Positions 1 to 11,955 of a stretch of 64,000 nt of DNA are shown piece after piece; within the stretch, counting starts at the first letter, position 1; each line of letters starts with the position of its first letter. The notes below the pieces were generated by a model, which worked only from the letters and a program-made list of their open reading frames with translations, did not search any database and was not told where the DNA came from. The translations under genes were made by a program, and so were the position numbers. The DNA is taken from NCBI GenBank assembly GCA_964291215.2, contig OZ219791.1, positions 928,001 to 992,000 of the forward strand. The letters are read 5' to 3'. This DNA comes from Alphaproteobacteria bacterium (lineage in GTDB: Bacteria; Pseudomonadota; Alphaproteobacteria; MPNO01; UBA830).

Positions 1-754
1 TAACGAGTGGCGACTCGTCGGAACTCCTTGATCTTGCCGAAGAACCGCTCGACCAGGTTGCGCATCCTGTAGATCTCGCGGTCAAGCGGCCGGGGCGATG
101 TCCGGTTGGATTTTGACGGAATGACCGCGGTTGCTCCTGCCATCTCGATCAGATGGCGTCGGTGTCGTAGGCCTTGTCGCCGACCACCGTCTCGCTCGAG
201 GTCGGCGAGAAGCGCCTCCGCCTGCGCGCAGTCGGCCGCCTGGCCCGGGGTCAGGAACACGGTTTTCACCCTCTCGTTCTCGCCAAGATGGACCTTCGTC
301 GTTCGTCCGCCACGGCTCACTGCGAAGGCTCGTCGTCCCGGGACGCCCCGGCTTGTGAACGCGCACCGACGAGGAGTCCACCATGCGCAGGTGAACCGAG
401 CGAGCCATCGTCGCTCCCGTCATCATCGCTCGTAAGCCTTTGAAGCTTCTCCATGCCCAGGTGCCGTTCTTGCTCCACCGGTTGAAGCGGTTGAAGCAGA
501 CGGACCGTACCGCTCCGGCAGATCGCGCCACGGCGTACCGGTGCGAAGCACGAAGAATATCCCGTTCATGACCCTCCGGTCATGCACCCGCTCCGGGCCC
601 TGGTGCTTGTCGGGAAGCACCGAGCGGAGAACCTCCCATTCCGCGTCGCTCATGTCGTGTCGGTCGCCGCTCATCCTTCACTCTCCTTGTGGATCGCTTT
701 TGACAAGACATGGCAAATCGTGCAAAAATGTCAACATTTGGGTACACACCCTAG
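1..754 (-). mobile_element. Degenerate IS5-family (IS427/IS1031-like) element, copy 1, cut by the window edge
   Basis: ORF 423-674 reads RHDMSDAEWEVL..DRRVMNGIFFVLRTGTPWRDLPERYG. The DDE part is frameshifted. The end TTTGGGTACACACCCTAG is at 737-754. Confidence 0.85.
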
Positions 755-1337
755 GCTGTGGACTCAAATAATTGGTTTGCGATTCTGCGGAGCAAGAATC
801 GGCTGGCAGCCAGTTGCACGGCGGAGAGGAAGTTCCTTGTCATAACGGGTGGCGACCCGTCGGAACTCCTTGATCTTACCGAAGAACCGCTCGACCAGGT
901 TGCGCATCCTGTAGATCTCGCGGTCGAGCGGCCGTGGCGATGTCCGGTTGGATTTTGACGGAATGACCGCGGTTGCTCCTGCCGTCTCGATCAGATGGCG
1001 TCGGTGTCGTAGGCCTTGTCGCCGACCACCGTCTCGCCCGAGGTCGGCGAGAAGCGCCTGCGCGCAGTCGGCTGCTTGGCCCGGGGTCAGGAACACGGTC
1101 TTCACCCTTTCGTTCTCGCCAAGATGGATCTTCGTCGTTCGTCCGCCACGGCCCGATTTGCGAAGGCTCGTCGTCCCGGGACGCCCCGGCACCGTGCTTG
1201 TGAACGCGCACCGACGAGGAGTCCACCATGCGCAGATGAACCGGCGGGCCATCGTCGCTCCCGTCATCACCGCTCGTAAGCCTTTGAAGCTTCTCCATGC
1301 CCAAGTGCCGTTCTTGCTCCACCGGTTGAAGCGGTTG
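751..1337 (-). mobile_element. Degenerate IS5-family element, copy 2 (5' part replaced by IS1634)
   Basis: Near-identical to 1-495; RNLVERFFGKIKEFRRVATRYDK motif; terminus CTAGGCTGTGGACTCAAA shares CTAG 751-754 with copy 1. Confidence 0.85.
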
Positions 1338-3190
1338 ATATTGTTGGTAAAATTGCATGATGGCCACATGAAAATGTTCCCATGTAAAAGTGAATTTTCC
1401 TCTTGACAATTCACGAGGCAATGCCTATATGCGTTGCCATGTACTTCGACATCGTCCCCAACCGCAATTCGCCCCCCGCCGTCCTCCTGCGCGAAGGATG
1501 GCGCGAGAACGGAAAGGTCAGGAAACGCACCATTGCCAATCTCTCCTCCTGGCCCATGGAGAAGGTGGAGACCCTACGGCGTCTCTTGAAGAACGAACCC
1601 CTGGTTAGCCGTACCGATGCCTTCGACATCGTCCGCTCCCTTCCTCATGGCCATGTGGCCGCGGTGCTGGGAACCCTGAAGAAGCTGGACCGGCGGATCG
1701 ACCCGAAGCCCTCTCCCGAGCGCGATCAGGTTCTCGCCCTGATCGTGGCGAGGATCCTGGCACCCGCTTCGAAGCTGGCCCGAGGGCTGGCCGAGGCCAC
1801 CGCGGCGAGTACCTTGGGCGAGATCCTCGAGGCGGAAGGGGACGAGGACGACCTCTACGACGCCATGGACTGGCTCCTGGAGCGTCAGGAGAGGATCGAG
1901 CGGTCTCTGGCGAAGCGGCACCTCGAAGAGGGCTGTCTGGTGCTGTATGACCTGACCTCGGTGTGGATGGAGGGACGAAAGTGTCCCTTGGCCCGACGCG
2001 GGCACTCCCGGGATGGCAAGAAGGGCAAGCTGCAGATCGAGTTCGGCCTTCTGTGTGATCGGGACGGGTGTCCGGTGTCGGTGCGGGTGTTCCCCGGTAA
2101 CACCCGGACACGGTGTCCTCACAGATCGCCACGCTGCGGGAGCGGTTCTCCTTTGCGAAGGTGGTACTGGTGGGGGACCGGGGGATGCTGACCGAGGCGC
2201 GCATCCGCGAGGAGGTGAAGCCTGCGGGTCTGGATCAGCGCCTTGAGGGGACCGGCCATCCGTTCACTGGTGGAGGCCGGCGATGTCGAGATGTCGCTCT
2301 TCGACGAGAGAGATCTGGTGGAGATCACCAGCAATGCGTATCCCGGCGAACGCCTCATGGTGTGCCGCAACCCGCTGCTGGCCGAAGATCGGGCTCGCAA
2401 GCGCCAGGAACTGCTCGAGGCCACCGAGGCTCTGCTCGAACCGATTGCCGCGGCGACCCGGCGCGACAAGCGCCGCCTCGAGGGGGCCTTGAAGATCGGG
2501 GAACGGGTCGGCAAGGTCATCGGCAGGATGACGAAGCACTTCACGTGGTCCGTGGACGATGACGGTGTCTTCACCTATGGGCGCAATGAGGCTACCATCG
2601 CTGCCGAGGCTAGGCTCGACGGCCTCTACGTGATCCGCACCAGCCTGCCGCAGAGCGAGCTCGACGGTCCCGGCACGGTGCGCGCCTACAAGCGGCTGAG
2701 CTCCGTGGAACGGGCCTTCCGCAGCCTCAAGACCGTGGACCTGAAGGTGCGTCCCGTCTACCACCGCACCGAGCCCCGGGCCCATGTCTTCCTGTGCATG
2801 CTCGCCTACTACATCGAATGGCACATGCGCCAAAAACTGAAGCCCTTGCTGTTCGACGACGAGGATGCCGAAGGCGGCTGTCTGTCGTGGCGCCGGCAGA
2901 GGTTTCGGCGAGCGCCCGGGCCAAGGCGGCAACCAAGAGGACGCCCGGGGGTGGCACAGTTTCCGTACCCTCATCGATGATCTCGCGACCATCACCCGCA
3001 ACACCGTGGCGCCCCGCCTTGCGGGCGCCAAACCCTTCCAAGTCACCACGCGGCCCACGCCGCTCCAGAGAAGGGCATTCAAACTCCTGGGCGTGCGCCT
3101 GTAGCGTTCCCAGTAGCGACACACCCGATTCTTTCAAACGTCAATACATTCATAATGATACGTCTGATCGGCGCTGGAACTTCGGGCTAA
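1338..3190 (+). mobile_element. Degenerate IS1634-family element
   Basis: Frameshifted pieces 1438-2191, 2113-2240 and 2243-3104: LVLYDLTSVWMEG, GHSRDGKKG, VLVGDRGM, LDGLYVIRT, VERAFRSLKTVDLKVRPVYH. Confidence 0.85.
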
Positions 3191-3507
3191 CTGGTAGGAT
3201 GTCGCCGGGTGAGAGTCCCGGCAGGAAGAGAGGCTAACCACCACTTCCTCCGTGAACCATGCGTCGCGAGGCGAAGCGTTGGGGAACGGCAAGCGTGGGC
3301 TGGGCTATTGAGCCACGAGATACTGCGAACCGGAGTGCCGAGGTCGTGGCCGAAGGCAACACCCTGCGAGCCGCGTTGGTGAGGGGGGCTTCGCGGGGTC
3401 TGAGAACCATGGCCGAAGCAGGGACCTGGGAGGTCTTGCCCCACTGTCGTAGAGGGGTCGCAGAGGAAATTCCGTAAACCGATGATGAACGAGAAGTCAG
3501 ATTCGGC

Positions 3508-4386
3508 GTGCAGCGAGTCTAGCTGCTGTACTTGCGGGTGTGAGTCCCGCCGGCGCAATTTCCAGTTTGGCGCCGTAGCATTGGTTCAGGGGTGACCGTG
3601 GACCAGCGAGCTGGGATGTAGAAGCCGTTGTGGGCTGGCTGGAACGCAGTGTCCAGCCGGTTCGGTCAGCCAGGGCGGCGAGCAAACCGGAGGGCCGTAG
3701 CGAAAGCGAACGATTGGATGAAGCCCCGAAATTGATTTCCCACATGAAGCTGATTAGTGGGGTAAACGGGAATGCCAAGGGCCTGCCGATAGCCCGATGG
3801 CCAGAGTCGATGCGGAAGAACTGGAGAGCACGCATCGGGTTCCCCGGTGGTAGAGACGGCGGCAATCCGGGACAGTACAGCGGTGAAAGATCGGAAGGTG
3901 AGGAGGACAGACAGGATGAAGTGACCCTTGAATGTCAAGGACCGCGTCTATAACCAGGACTGGGAAAGGACGCGGAGTCCTCCTGACTGGCGGATGAGGT
4001 CGATTAAGCGTTGACGGGCGGGACAACACAACCCGTCCTGAGCGAGGACCTCAGGGCTCAGGTGGCCTGTGCCGCGGTAGGTCAACGCCAGTGCTCAGAA
4101 ACTGGCACCGACCGACAAGACCGCGAGGTCGAAGGACGGAGCAAACGCTCGGAGATGCCGTGGGTACGGTTGGGTCAGCCTTGACCATGGCGCGTCCGGC
4201 GGAAGGCTCCGCACCGAACTCCAAGTGGGTGCCTGATGCTTGAACCGGGAAAACCGGACGTACGGAATTTTAGGGAGGCTGCTGGAAACGTGGTCTATGG
4301 TAGTTCAGCGACCCCGCCCGCAATCGAAAGAGCGGTGACGGACAAAGCCTCTGCCTACGGATGCGCGCGCCAGCGGCCTACCCGAC
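3508..4386 (+). ncRNA. Inner ORF-less group II intron nested in the outer intron (twintron)
   Basis: Starts GTGCAG; has GCGGGTGTGAGTCCCGC, a D5-like GGGAAAACCGGACGTACGGAATTTTAGGGAGG and a D6 ending CCTACCCGAC. Removing it restores the outer intron D3. Confidence 0.75.
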
Positions 4387-4479
4387 CATAGTACCGTCGA
4401 AGGCGGCGAACAAGGGCTCCTCGGAGCCTGCGGAGCTGCTGGAGGGAAGGGAAATGCGGTTGACCCGCGCCGCGCGCAG

Positions 4480-5610
4480 AAGCGGGTCACAGGCGGCGCA
4501 TACGACAAGTTGCGAAGAGGAATCCGGAAGAGCGTCTTGTGACGTTGCTCCACCACGTGATGTCCTGCACGCGGCGTTTCACTCCTTGAGAAAGGACGCG
4601 GCAGCGGGCGTGGACGGAGTTACGTGGCACGCGTATGCGGAAGGTGTGGAACTGGTCGACCTGCCGTGTGCACAGGGGCGGGCGCCTCCGTCGGGTATAC
4701 ATACCCAAAGAGGATGGAGGGCAACGATCGCTTGCCTCGGACAAGATTCTTCAGCGGGCAGTGACGGACACGATTCTGGTACCGCGAGACGGAGTTCCTC
4801 GGGTTCAGTTACGGTTTCCGGCCGGGACGCACAACGCGCTCGATGCAGTCACGGTGGAACGGCGGAAGGTCAACTGGATCGTTGACGCCCGCGGGTTCTT
4901 CGACAATCGCGACCACTTGGTCGCGATGCTCGAGAGACGGATCGGGGGTCTGATCATCAAGTGACGCTGGCGTCATGGAGCGACACCGGTGCTGGTTCGC
5001 CGCAGGACGCGATTGTCAGCCCCTGCCTGGCGAACGTTTACCTGCACTACGTGACTGGTTCCAGAACCATTGGCGCAAACGGATGACTGACACGATCATC
5101 GTGCGTTATGCGGATGATTTTGTGTGCGGCTTTCAGGATCAGGGCGATGCGAAGCGCTGGGACCTCGGGGAGAGGTTGGCTCACTTGAACTGCACCCGGA
5201 CAATCATCGAGTTCGGTCGGTTTGCGAGAGCGAACCGCCGGAAGCGGGGGCAAGACGTTCGACTTCCTCGGTATGACGCACTATTGCGAGCAGACGTGGA
5301 AGGGCAAGTTCAGGGTCGGCCGCAAACCATCCCGGAAACGGGCACCCTGCGGCGGATCAAGGAGGCGCTGCGCAAGCGGTGGCACGACAATCGGCACAAG
5401 ACGGCCAAGTGGCGAGTGATCAAAGGCTGCTACTACGCCGTTCCGGGAAGCAGTGAGTCCCTGCAGGGGTTCATATACCAATGCAAACGGCTGCGTGCCC
5501 TTCGGCGGCGTTCCCAAAAGGATCGCACCGAATGGAGGGACATGGACACCCTCATCGAAGCTCACTGGCCTAAGGCCAGCATCCGTGGCCAAACCAGCGC
5601 CTTGTCGTCA
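4480..5610 (+). pseudogene. ltrA: Group II intron reverse transcriptase/maturase, multiply frameshifted
   Basis: AAAGVDGVTW, RRVYIPKEDG, DKILQRAV, IIVRYADDFVCGF (about 5100), FDFLGMTHY in different frames. Confidence 0.85.
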
Positions 5611-5687
5611 GGACCTGAGGGAGGAGCGAACAGCGCAAGTCCGGATCTGTGCGGGGGGACCGGGGAAACCCGGTTCCCTACCGCGAT

Positions 5688-6168
5688 ATGGCGAGACCGT
5701 CACAAGGGCCTCGGCGGCCGATCTCGATGATCGCCGGTGCGGCGATCAAAGCGGTGATCGCCGGTGATCCCGAGCAGAGCTACGCCATCCTGACCTCGAT
5801 CCGGTGACCGCCGCGACCCTTCTGGATGCCCGAACTCGGCAGCCTTGATCGGGGTGGCGCCAACGACCACGGTGCTCGGCACATCCGTGGCGGGCGCCGA
5901 AGGCCACGCGATCTCCTGTTCATGGCCGCAACCGGCACGCTTCAACGCGGACCTGGTGCGCCTCAAGACTGCCGGCAAGCAAGGTCGCGATTGTCGCCGT
6001 GATGCGCAAGCTCTGGCGAACACCTTGCTGCGACAGCAGCGTTGCTGGTCGACCGAAGCACCGGTGAGTGAGCGAAGGAGACCACCCTCATGGCCCTCAC
6101 CCCTGCCGAGAGGCAGCGCCGCGATCGGGACTGTCTCGACAGTCTCCCTCTACGACACGACTTGGGGA
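5688..6168 (+). mobile_element. IS110-family element, 3' fragment
   Basis: Aligns with 20258-20793 (LIGVAP, DLLFMAA, AIVAVMRKL); begins directly after the intron 3' end. Confidence 0.75.
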
Positions 6169-6169
6169 G

Positions 6170-8182
6170 CTCGCTGATTCCTTCGCGCTATTGTCGGGCG
6201 CATGGACGACCCTGTTTCGATTCCCAGCGCGCTTTCCTCGCCACAAGGCATGGTTGTCGCGGATTCTGGCGTAGCCGGAGGTCGCACGTGCCGGCCGCAG
6301 GGTATGCGACGCTTTCGGCTTCGTTGACTTTCGCGGGCGACCGCAGATCACGAGTTGCCTTTCCGCCCTTCGCCGTCTTGAGCGGGCGGCGTTCTTCCTT
6401 TGCCCCGCCGTGGCGGCGGCAGCGGTGCCGTGACTCGCAGGGAGGTAGCGGTTGCCTGTGGGCCTTCCGGCGAGCGCGGTCGAGGGCCTTGAGCTTGTCC
6501 GGGTCGAGGGGCTTCGGCTGATCTTCAACGAGCTGATGGCGTCGGAGCGCCCGTCTTCACGTCAGCTGCGCTACCTGATCGGATCGTCGCATGGGTTCCT
6601 GTTTGCTCCGGCGACGCGGGTCCTGGCGGCGCCTGGCTGGGACGCCGCATCTCGACGAGGTGTGGCGCGATTCCTGATCCGTCGATCCGTTTGTGTACGT
6701 TATCTTGCGTCTTGGGCATGGCGGCGCGTGGTTGGTGACTTTGCGGCGGCCTATGGCATCCGTCCGGTTCTGGCCGAGACCTTTGTCGCGGGGCAGTTGC
6801 TTCCTGGCGGCCGGCTGGCGCTGTGTCGGCACCGGGCGCCGGCTTCGTGGCGGAACCGGCGAAGCGCATCCTTCTGCTGCCGGCGGACTGGGACACCTGC
6901 CTGGAGGCGCGTCCTGGCGCCCGGGGACGGTCTTGACAGCGCGGCAGAGAACGAATTCGGCGCCGCGCCCTTGGGAGACGCCCGCTTGACGCAGCGGCTT
7001 GTGCGCAGTGCCGAGGTTCAGGCCCGGTCGCCGACGAAGACATTCTTCGCTGTGAGGCGACGGGATACTACAGGATGATCGAGCATCCGGACTACGACGC
7101 GGTCTGTGCGTCCACCATCATCGGGGGGCATCGCGAACGGACGCAGGCGCTGTCGCTTCTGGTGCAGGACGGCCTCAACTTCGCGACCCGGTTGCGAAGG
7201 CCTCGGGATGATCGGCTGCAACACGGGGACATCGGGCCTGCACACGACCTTCGCCGTGAGCGGCGACGGGGTTCCCCTCGGCGTTGTCAACCTCGAGTTC
7301 GACGCCCCGGACGGCGGGCAGGATCGTCCGGTGGAGGAGCGCAACGGTGGCTGCGCGGCCTTCGCCACAGCATCGCGGCGGCGAAGGACGGGGTGAAGGC
7401 CGTGGCGGTGATGGAGGGGGACGCGGTGCTCCACGAACACCGTGCGGCGCGCTGCCGCCGTCTGGCGCTGCGGCATGACCGCAGCTTCGGCCGGCTGGTG
7501 TGCGCACGGCACCGGAAGGCGGACAGTTCTCCCTCACGGTGGAGCGACTGTCGGGGTGACCAGGGGCGCAGAAGGCCTCCGTCGGGCGAGCGAGGCGCCC
7601 CTGCGCTGGCTGACACTCGAGATCCCGCCGCCTGCACACACAAGGGCGCGCTTCGGGCCGCTGACCGTGATCCATGCCGGGGAGGTGGACGGGTCACAGC
7701 CGGTGTCGTGGACCCTGCCTGTCACGAGCCTGCACCAGGCCCGCGAGGTAGTGCGGCGGGTTGAGGTGGCGGATCGAGGACTGGGATCCTCAAGTGCAAG
7801 GTGGAGACGATCGCGCACCGGCATCGAACGGGCCGTGGCGATCAACGCGGTGACCGCCTGGCGCATCGCCGCCCTCCTGGCGCGAACGGAACCGGAGCTT
7901 CCGTCCACGACCGCGTTCACCGACCTGGCGCTGCTGAAAGACTTCGCGCATGTCCGCAAGCTGCCGCCACCCGAGGATCTCGGGCAGGCATTCCGCCTCG
8001 TGGCGACGATGGGCGGATACCTGAACCGCAGCAAGGACGGCCCGCGCGGAGATCACCTGGAACGGTCAGGCTGCGCTGTCGTTCACGGCGTGGATGCTTG
8101 GCCACAGTGTCGATACCGGGGACGACAGCGCCGTGCGGCAACACATCAGCTAGCCAGACGGCATTTGTGGGTAATGGGCAGG
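6170..8182 (+). mobile_element. Degenerate IS4-family (Tn5/IS50-like) element with N-terminal DUF4338-like domain, copy A
   Basis: QLRYLIGS..ARFLIRRSV..YGIRPVLAETFV followed by NEFGAAPLGDARLTQRLV, GLHTTFAVSGDGVPLG and ATMGGYLNRSKDGP. Terminus ATTTGTGGGTAATGGGCAGG. Confidence 0.7.
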
Positions 8183-10130
8183 GCGGGGCAGATCCCCGAC
8201 CTTGCAGTGTCGCCGGTGACCGACCGCGCCGGCAAGCACACGTGGGCGACGATGATGGCCCGGGAGAATCCTCTCGGTCCGGTGCGAGCGGCGGGATCGC
8301 AGATCCGCTATGTCCTGACCTCGGGCGAGGGGGTTCTCGGCGGTTTCCTGTGTGCGGCACCGACCCGTGTGCAGGCGGCGCGCGATCGTTGGATCGGCTG
8401 GACCCCGGCGCAGTGTGCGGCGGGGCGGCACCGCATCGTCGGCTTGGCGCGCTTCCTGATCCGGCCGGCTCTTGGGCGCTGCCGCAACCTCGCCTCCCGG
8501 GCGCCTGTGCCTGCGCCGGGTGGTTAGGGACTACGAGGCCCTCTACGGTCTGCGTCCGGTGCTCATCGAAACGTATGTCGGTCCCGAGCACGACGGTACC
8601 AGCTGCCGGGCGACCGGATGGATCCGGGTCGGGCAGACGGCCGGTCGCGGCCGTCATCGCCGGCCGGTGGCGGTCAAGCAGGTCTGGATGCGCCCGCTCG
8701 GCACCGACTGGCGTTGGCAACCGGGGGTCCGGGTGGAGCCGTTGACGCCGGGTCTGGACAGCACCCGGTGGGCGGAGCAGGAACTGGCTGGAGCGGAGTT
8801 CGGCGATGTCCGGCTGAGCCGGCGTCTTGTACAATCGGCTGCCCTGCTGGCGCAGACGCCTTCGAAGCCCTTCGTGACCACAGCCCGGGGAGATGCAGCG
8901 ATGGTAACCGGCCATTATCGTCTGATTGAACACCCCGACAGCGCCTCGGTGCAGGCGATTCTCGCCCCGCATCGCAAGCGGACCCGGCAGCGGATCCAGG
9001 GACAGGACACGGTGCTGCTGATCCAGGACGGCTCCGACCTGGCGGCGCACCAGGCTTGCGACGGTCTCGGCGTGATCGCCCGCAACCGGGGATCCCGGGG
9101 TACTCTGCACCTGCACACGACCCTCGCCGTCGCGGCGGACGGTATTCCGCTGGGCGTGCCGCGGATCGAGTTCGATGCGCCGCCGCCCGAGGGCGCCGCC
9201 GCCGCCGACCGTGACACCAGGACTCGGCGCCGGGTTCGAGGACTGGAAGACAGCGGGGCCCTGATCAACGGATTGCACGAGCTTCGGGCCGTGGCCGTCA
9301 TGGATCGCGAAGGCGATGCCTTCGAGGTCCTGGAGGCGCCTGGAAGGGCGGATCCACATCCTCGTCCGGGCCCGTCATGACCGCAGTCTCGGCAAGGGAC
9401 GGTTGAAGCTGTTCGAACGCATGCGCCGACAGCCGGTCCGGGAGTCCTGGACGGTATCGGTGCTGCGGTTGTCGGTACGGCGGGCGACGGGGTCGCAGTT
9501 CATGGGCCGCGCGCCCTGCGCTGGAAGAGCCTCGAGATACCGGTTCCCGAAGGACGTGCCGAACCGGGCGCGCGGGCGATCCGCCTGTCGCTGGTCCATG
9601 TCCAGGAAACCGCTGATCCCGAGGACGAAACGAAGCCGCTGGAATGGCTGCTCCTGACCTCGCTGCCGGTGAGCGATGCCTGCCAGGCCCGGGAAGTGGT
9701 CGGCTTCTACGAGCGGCGCTGGCGCATCGAGGAGTTCTTCCGCATCCTCAAGTCCGGCTGCGACGTGGAGACGGGAGCCCATCGCACGCGTCGAACGGGC
9801 CGTCGCCCTGCGCGCCGTCATCGCCTGGAGACTGTCGGTCCTGGCCCTGCTCGGGCGCGAGACGCCGGGGCTTGAGCCCGGGGTGCTGTTCTCCGAAGCC
9901 GAGCTGGCGGTGATCGCGGACATTGCCCGGCAGCGCCGCCTGGAGGCGCCCGACAACCTCGGCGCCGCCATCATCCTCCTGGCCCGCATGGGCGGGTACC
10001 TCCAGCGCCGGCACCGCCCGGAGCCCACGTGGTCCGGGAAGGATACAGCTACCTCGCGCTCGGCGCCGACATCGTCGAGCGGGCCCGGCAGATCGGCCAC
10101 CAGAGCGACGTGAAGCGCTGGATCTCCGAC
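8183..10130 (+). mobile_element. Degenerate DUF4338-IS4 element, copy B (divergent)
   Basis: GSQIRYVL..ARDRWIGW..ARFLIRP; YGLRPVLIETYV..GWIRVGQTAGRG..WAEQELAGAEFGDVRLSRRLV..LLIQDGSDL..VMDREGD; YERRWRIEEFFRILKSGC. Confidence 0.75.
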
Positions 10131-10398
10131 TGAGGCCCGGCAAGGGCGCCTCGGCCGACACCTTTCGCTTACCTCACGGCACCTGGATGTGTGGCAAAAA
10201 TGCCCTTGTAGTGACAGGATTTATAAAGGGCCACTTTCGGGATTAACGCAGCGGTTTTGCGACACGGTTTCCTCTTGCATTGATGCTCATGGAGCTTTCC
10301 GGACATGGCGCAGAGGCTTCCCAGAACGGCCCTCTCCCACCCCCGGTGCCGCCGCGTTCCGGTTGGGCGCCTGACGCAGGGTGCGCCGGTCTCCCGTG

Positions 10399-11943
10399 TC
10401 ATCCGCCCTTGAGCCTGTCCTCGAGCAGGTGGCGCTGGATCTTGCCGGAGGTGCTGCGCGGAATGTCGTCGAAATCGATGAAGTAGATTTCCTTGGGCAG
10501 CTTGTAGCTCGCGATGCGGCCGCGGCACATGTTGACGATGTCGTCGGCGGTCAACGCGGGGTCGTGCCGCGCCGCGAACACCACGGGCACCTCGCCCCAT
10601 TGATCGTCTGCCTTGCGGACGACGGCAGCATCGGCAATGCGCGCGTCGGCCATGATGTGGCGCTCGATCTCGGCCGGATAGATGTTCTCGCCGCCCGACT
10701 TGATCATGTACTTGACGCGGTCGACGAAATCCACGGTGCCGTCGGGGTTGCGGCGGAAGATGTCGCCCATGTGGAACCATCCGTTGCGGAACGCTTCCCG
10801 GTTGGCTTCGTCGTTGGCCCAGTATCCCGAGAACAGTGTCGGGCCGCGTATGACAAGCTCGCCCGGCTCGCCGTCGGCGACATCGTTGTCGTCGGGATCG
10901 ACCAGGCGCACCTCGCAGAATCCGCTCAGCCGCTTCGAGAGCGTTTCGGGGACGGTGCCGACGGCGACGAAGTTGGCGGTGGCCGGAGGCAGCCCCGTTT
11001 CCGTGGAGCCGAACGTGTTGACGTAGGGCGCATTCAGGAAGGCGGTGATGTCCCTGAGCAGCGGCCGTGGAACCAGGTCGGCCATCGCCCCCATCATTGT
11101 TATCTCCTTTGCCTGTGTCCCTGCCTTCCTCATGCGGTTCAGCAGATCGTCGATCATTCCCGGCAGCACCATCAGGTAGTGAATCGGCCATGTCTCTATG
11201 GCGCGGATGATCTCGTCGGGCTGGTAGCCGTCGACAATCACCACCTGTCCGCCGAGCAGCAGGGTCGAAAGCGCGAAGTCGTTGGCGCCCATGTGAAACA
11301 GCGGCGACCAGGCGATTAACGTGTCCCGGTCGGGAACCTTGAGCTCGGCCGCATAGGCCAGCGCCCGCGCGACCATGGCGCGGTGGCTGATCAGGGCGCC
11401 CTTGGGGAGTCCCGTTGTGCCGCTCGTGAAGATGATGACGAGTCCGTCCTCGGAGTCGACCAGGCAGTCCGGATCGTCGTTGCGCGATGCTGCGATCTCA
11501 GCCTCGTAACTGCTTCCGAAGACCAGGTTGGCAGGAAAGCCGACCTCAGCGAGTATCTCCTCGTACTCCGGCGCCGCTACCACGAGACCCGGTCCGGTCA
11601 GGTTCAGGCAGTGCGTGAGCTCGTCGGGCGATGACCGCCAGTTGAGGTTGACGGATATGGCCCCGATCTTCGCGGCGGCGAGCTCGGTCTCGATATAGGC
11701 GATGCAGTTGCGCGCCAGCAGCGCAACGCGGTCGCCGTGGGTGATCCCGCGGGCGCTCATGACATGGGCGAGCCGGTTGGCGCGCGCATCGAGTTCCGCA
11801 TAGGTGAGCCGCCGGTCGCCCTCGATGAGCGCCGTGCGTTCCGCGTGGCGTCCGGCGCTGGCCGCGAAGAGGCGGCCGTACTGGCTGCTTCCCGCCTCGT
11901 GGACTTCGCGCGGCGGCGCATGACGTTCGGTCTGGTCGGCCAT
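10399..11943 (-). CDS. AMP-dependent acyl-CoA synthetase/ligase
   Basis: IIFTSGTTGLPKG, FGSTETG, GWFHMGD, KSGGENIYPAEIE. Confidence 0.92.
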   Translation of the reverse strand: MADQTERHAPPREVHEAGSSQYGRLFAASAGRHAERTALIEGDRRLTYAELDARANRLAHVMSARGITHGDRVALLARNCIAYIETELAAAKIGAISVNLNWRSSPDELTHCLNLTGPGLVVAAPEYEEILAEVGFPANLVFGSSYEAEIAASRNDDPDCLVDSEDGLVIIFTSGTTGLPKGALISHRAMVARALAYAAELKVPDRDTLIAWSPLFHMGANDFALSTLLLGGQVVIVDGYQPDEIIRAIETWPIHYLMVLPGMIDDLLNRMRKAGTQAKEITMMGAMADLVPRPLLRDITAFLNAPYVNTFGSTETGLPPATANFVAVGTVPETLSKRLSGFCEVRLVDPDDNDVADGEPGELVIRGPTLFSGYWANDEANREAFRNGWFHMGDIFRRNPDGTVDFVDRVKYMIKSGGENIYPAEIERHIMADARIADAAVVRKADDQWGEVPVVFAARHDPALTADDIVNMCRGRIASYKLPKEIYFIDFDDIPRSTSGKIQRHLLEDRLKGG

Positions 11944-11955
11944 GTCGCTGGTCTC

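Larger units (their letters stand above)
3191..5687 (+). mobile_element. Outer group II intron (class E-like), degenerate; 5' boundary approximate
   Basis: D1-like CGGGTGAGAGTCCCGG; D3-like GAGAAGTCAGATTCGGC/CATAGTACCG (split); RT remnants; 3' end GATCTGTGCGGGGGG...CCCTACCGCGAT at 5687. Confidence 0.8.

Noticed and set aside
4480-5610. RT as part of a retron, DGR or defence system
   Set aside because: It has a YADD RT/maturase layout enclosed by group II D1-D6 motifs, and no template/variable repeat pair or retron-like RNA was seen.
6170-10130. Druantia anti-phage system
   Set aside because: No DruE helicase or other dru genes; the DUF4338-like parts lie inside IS boundaries.
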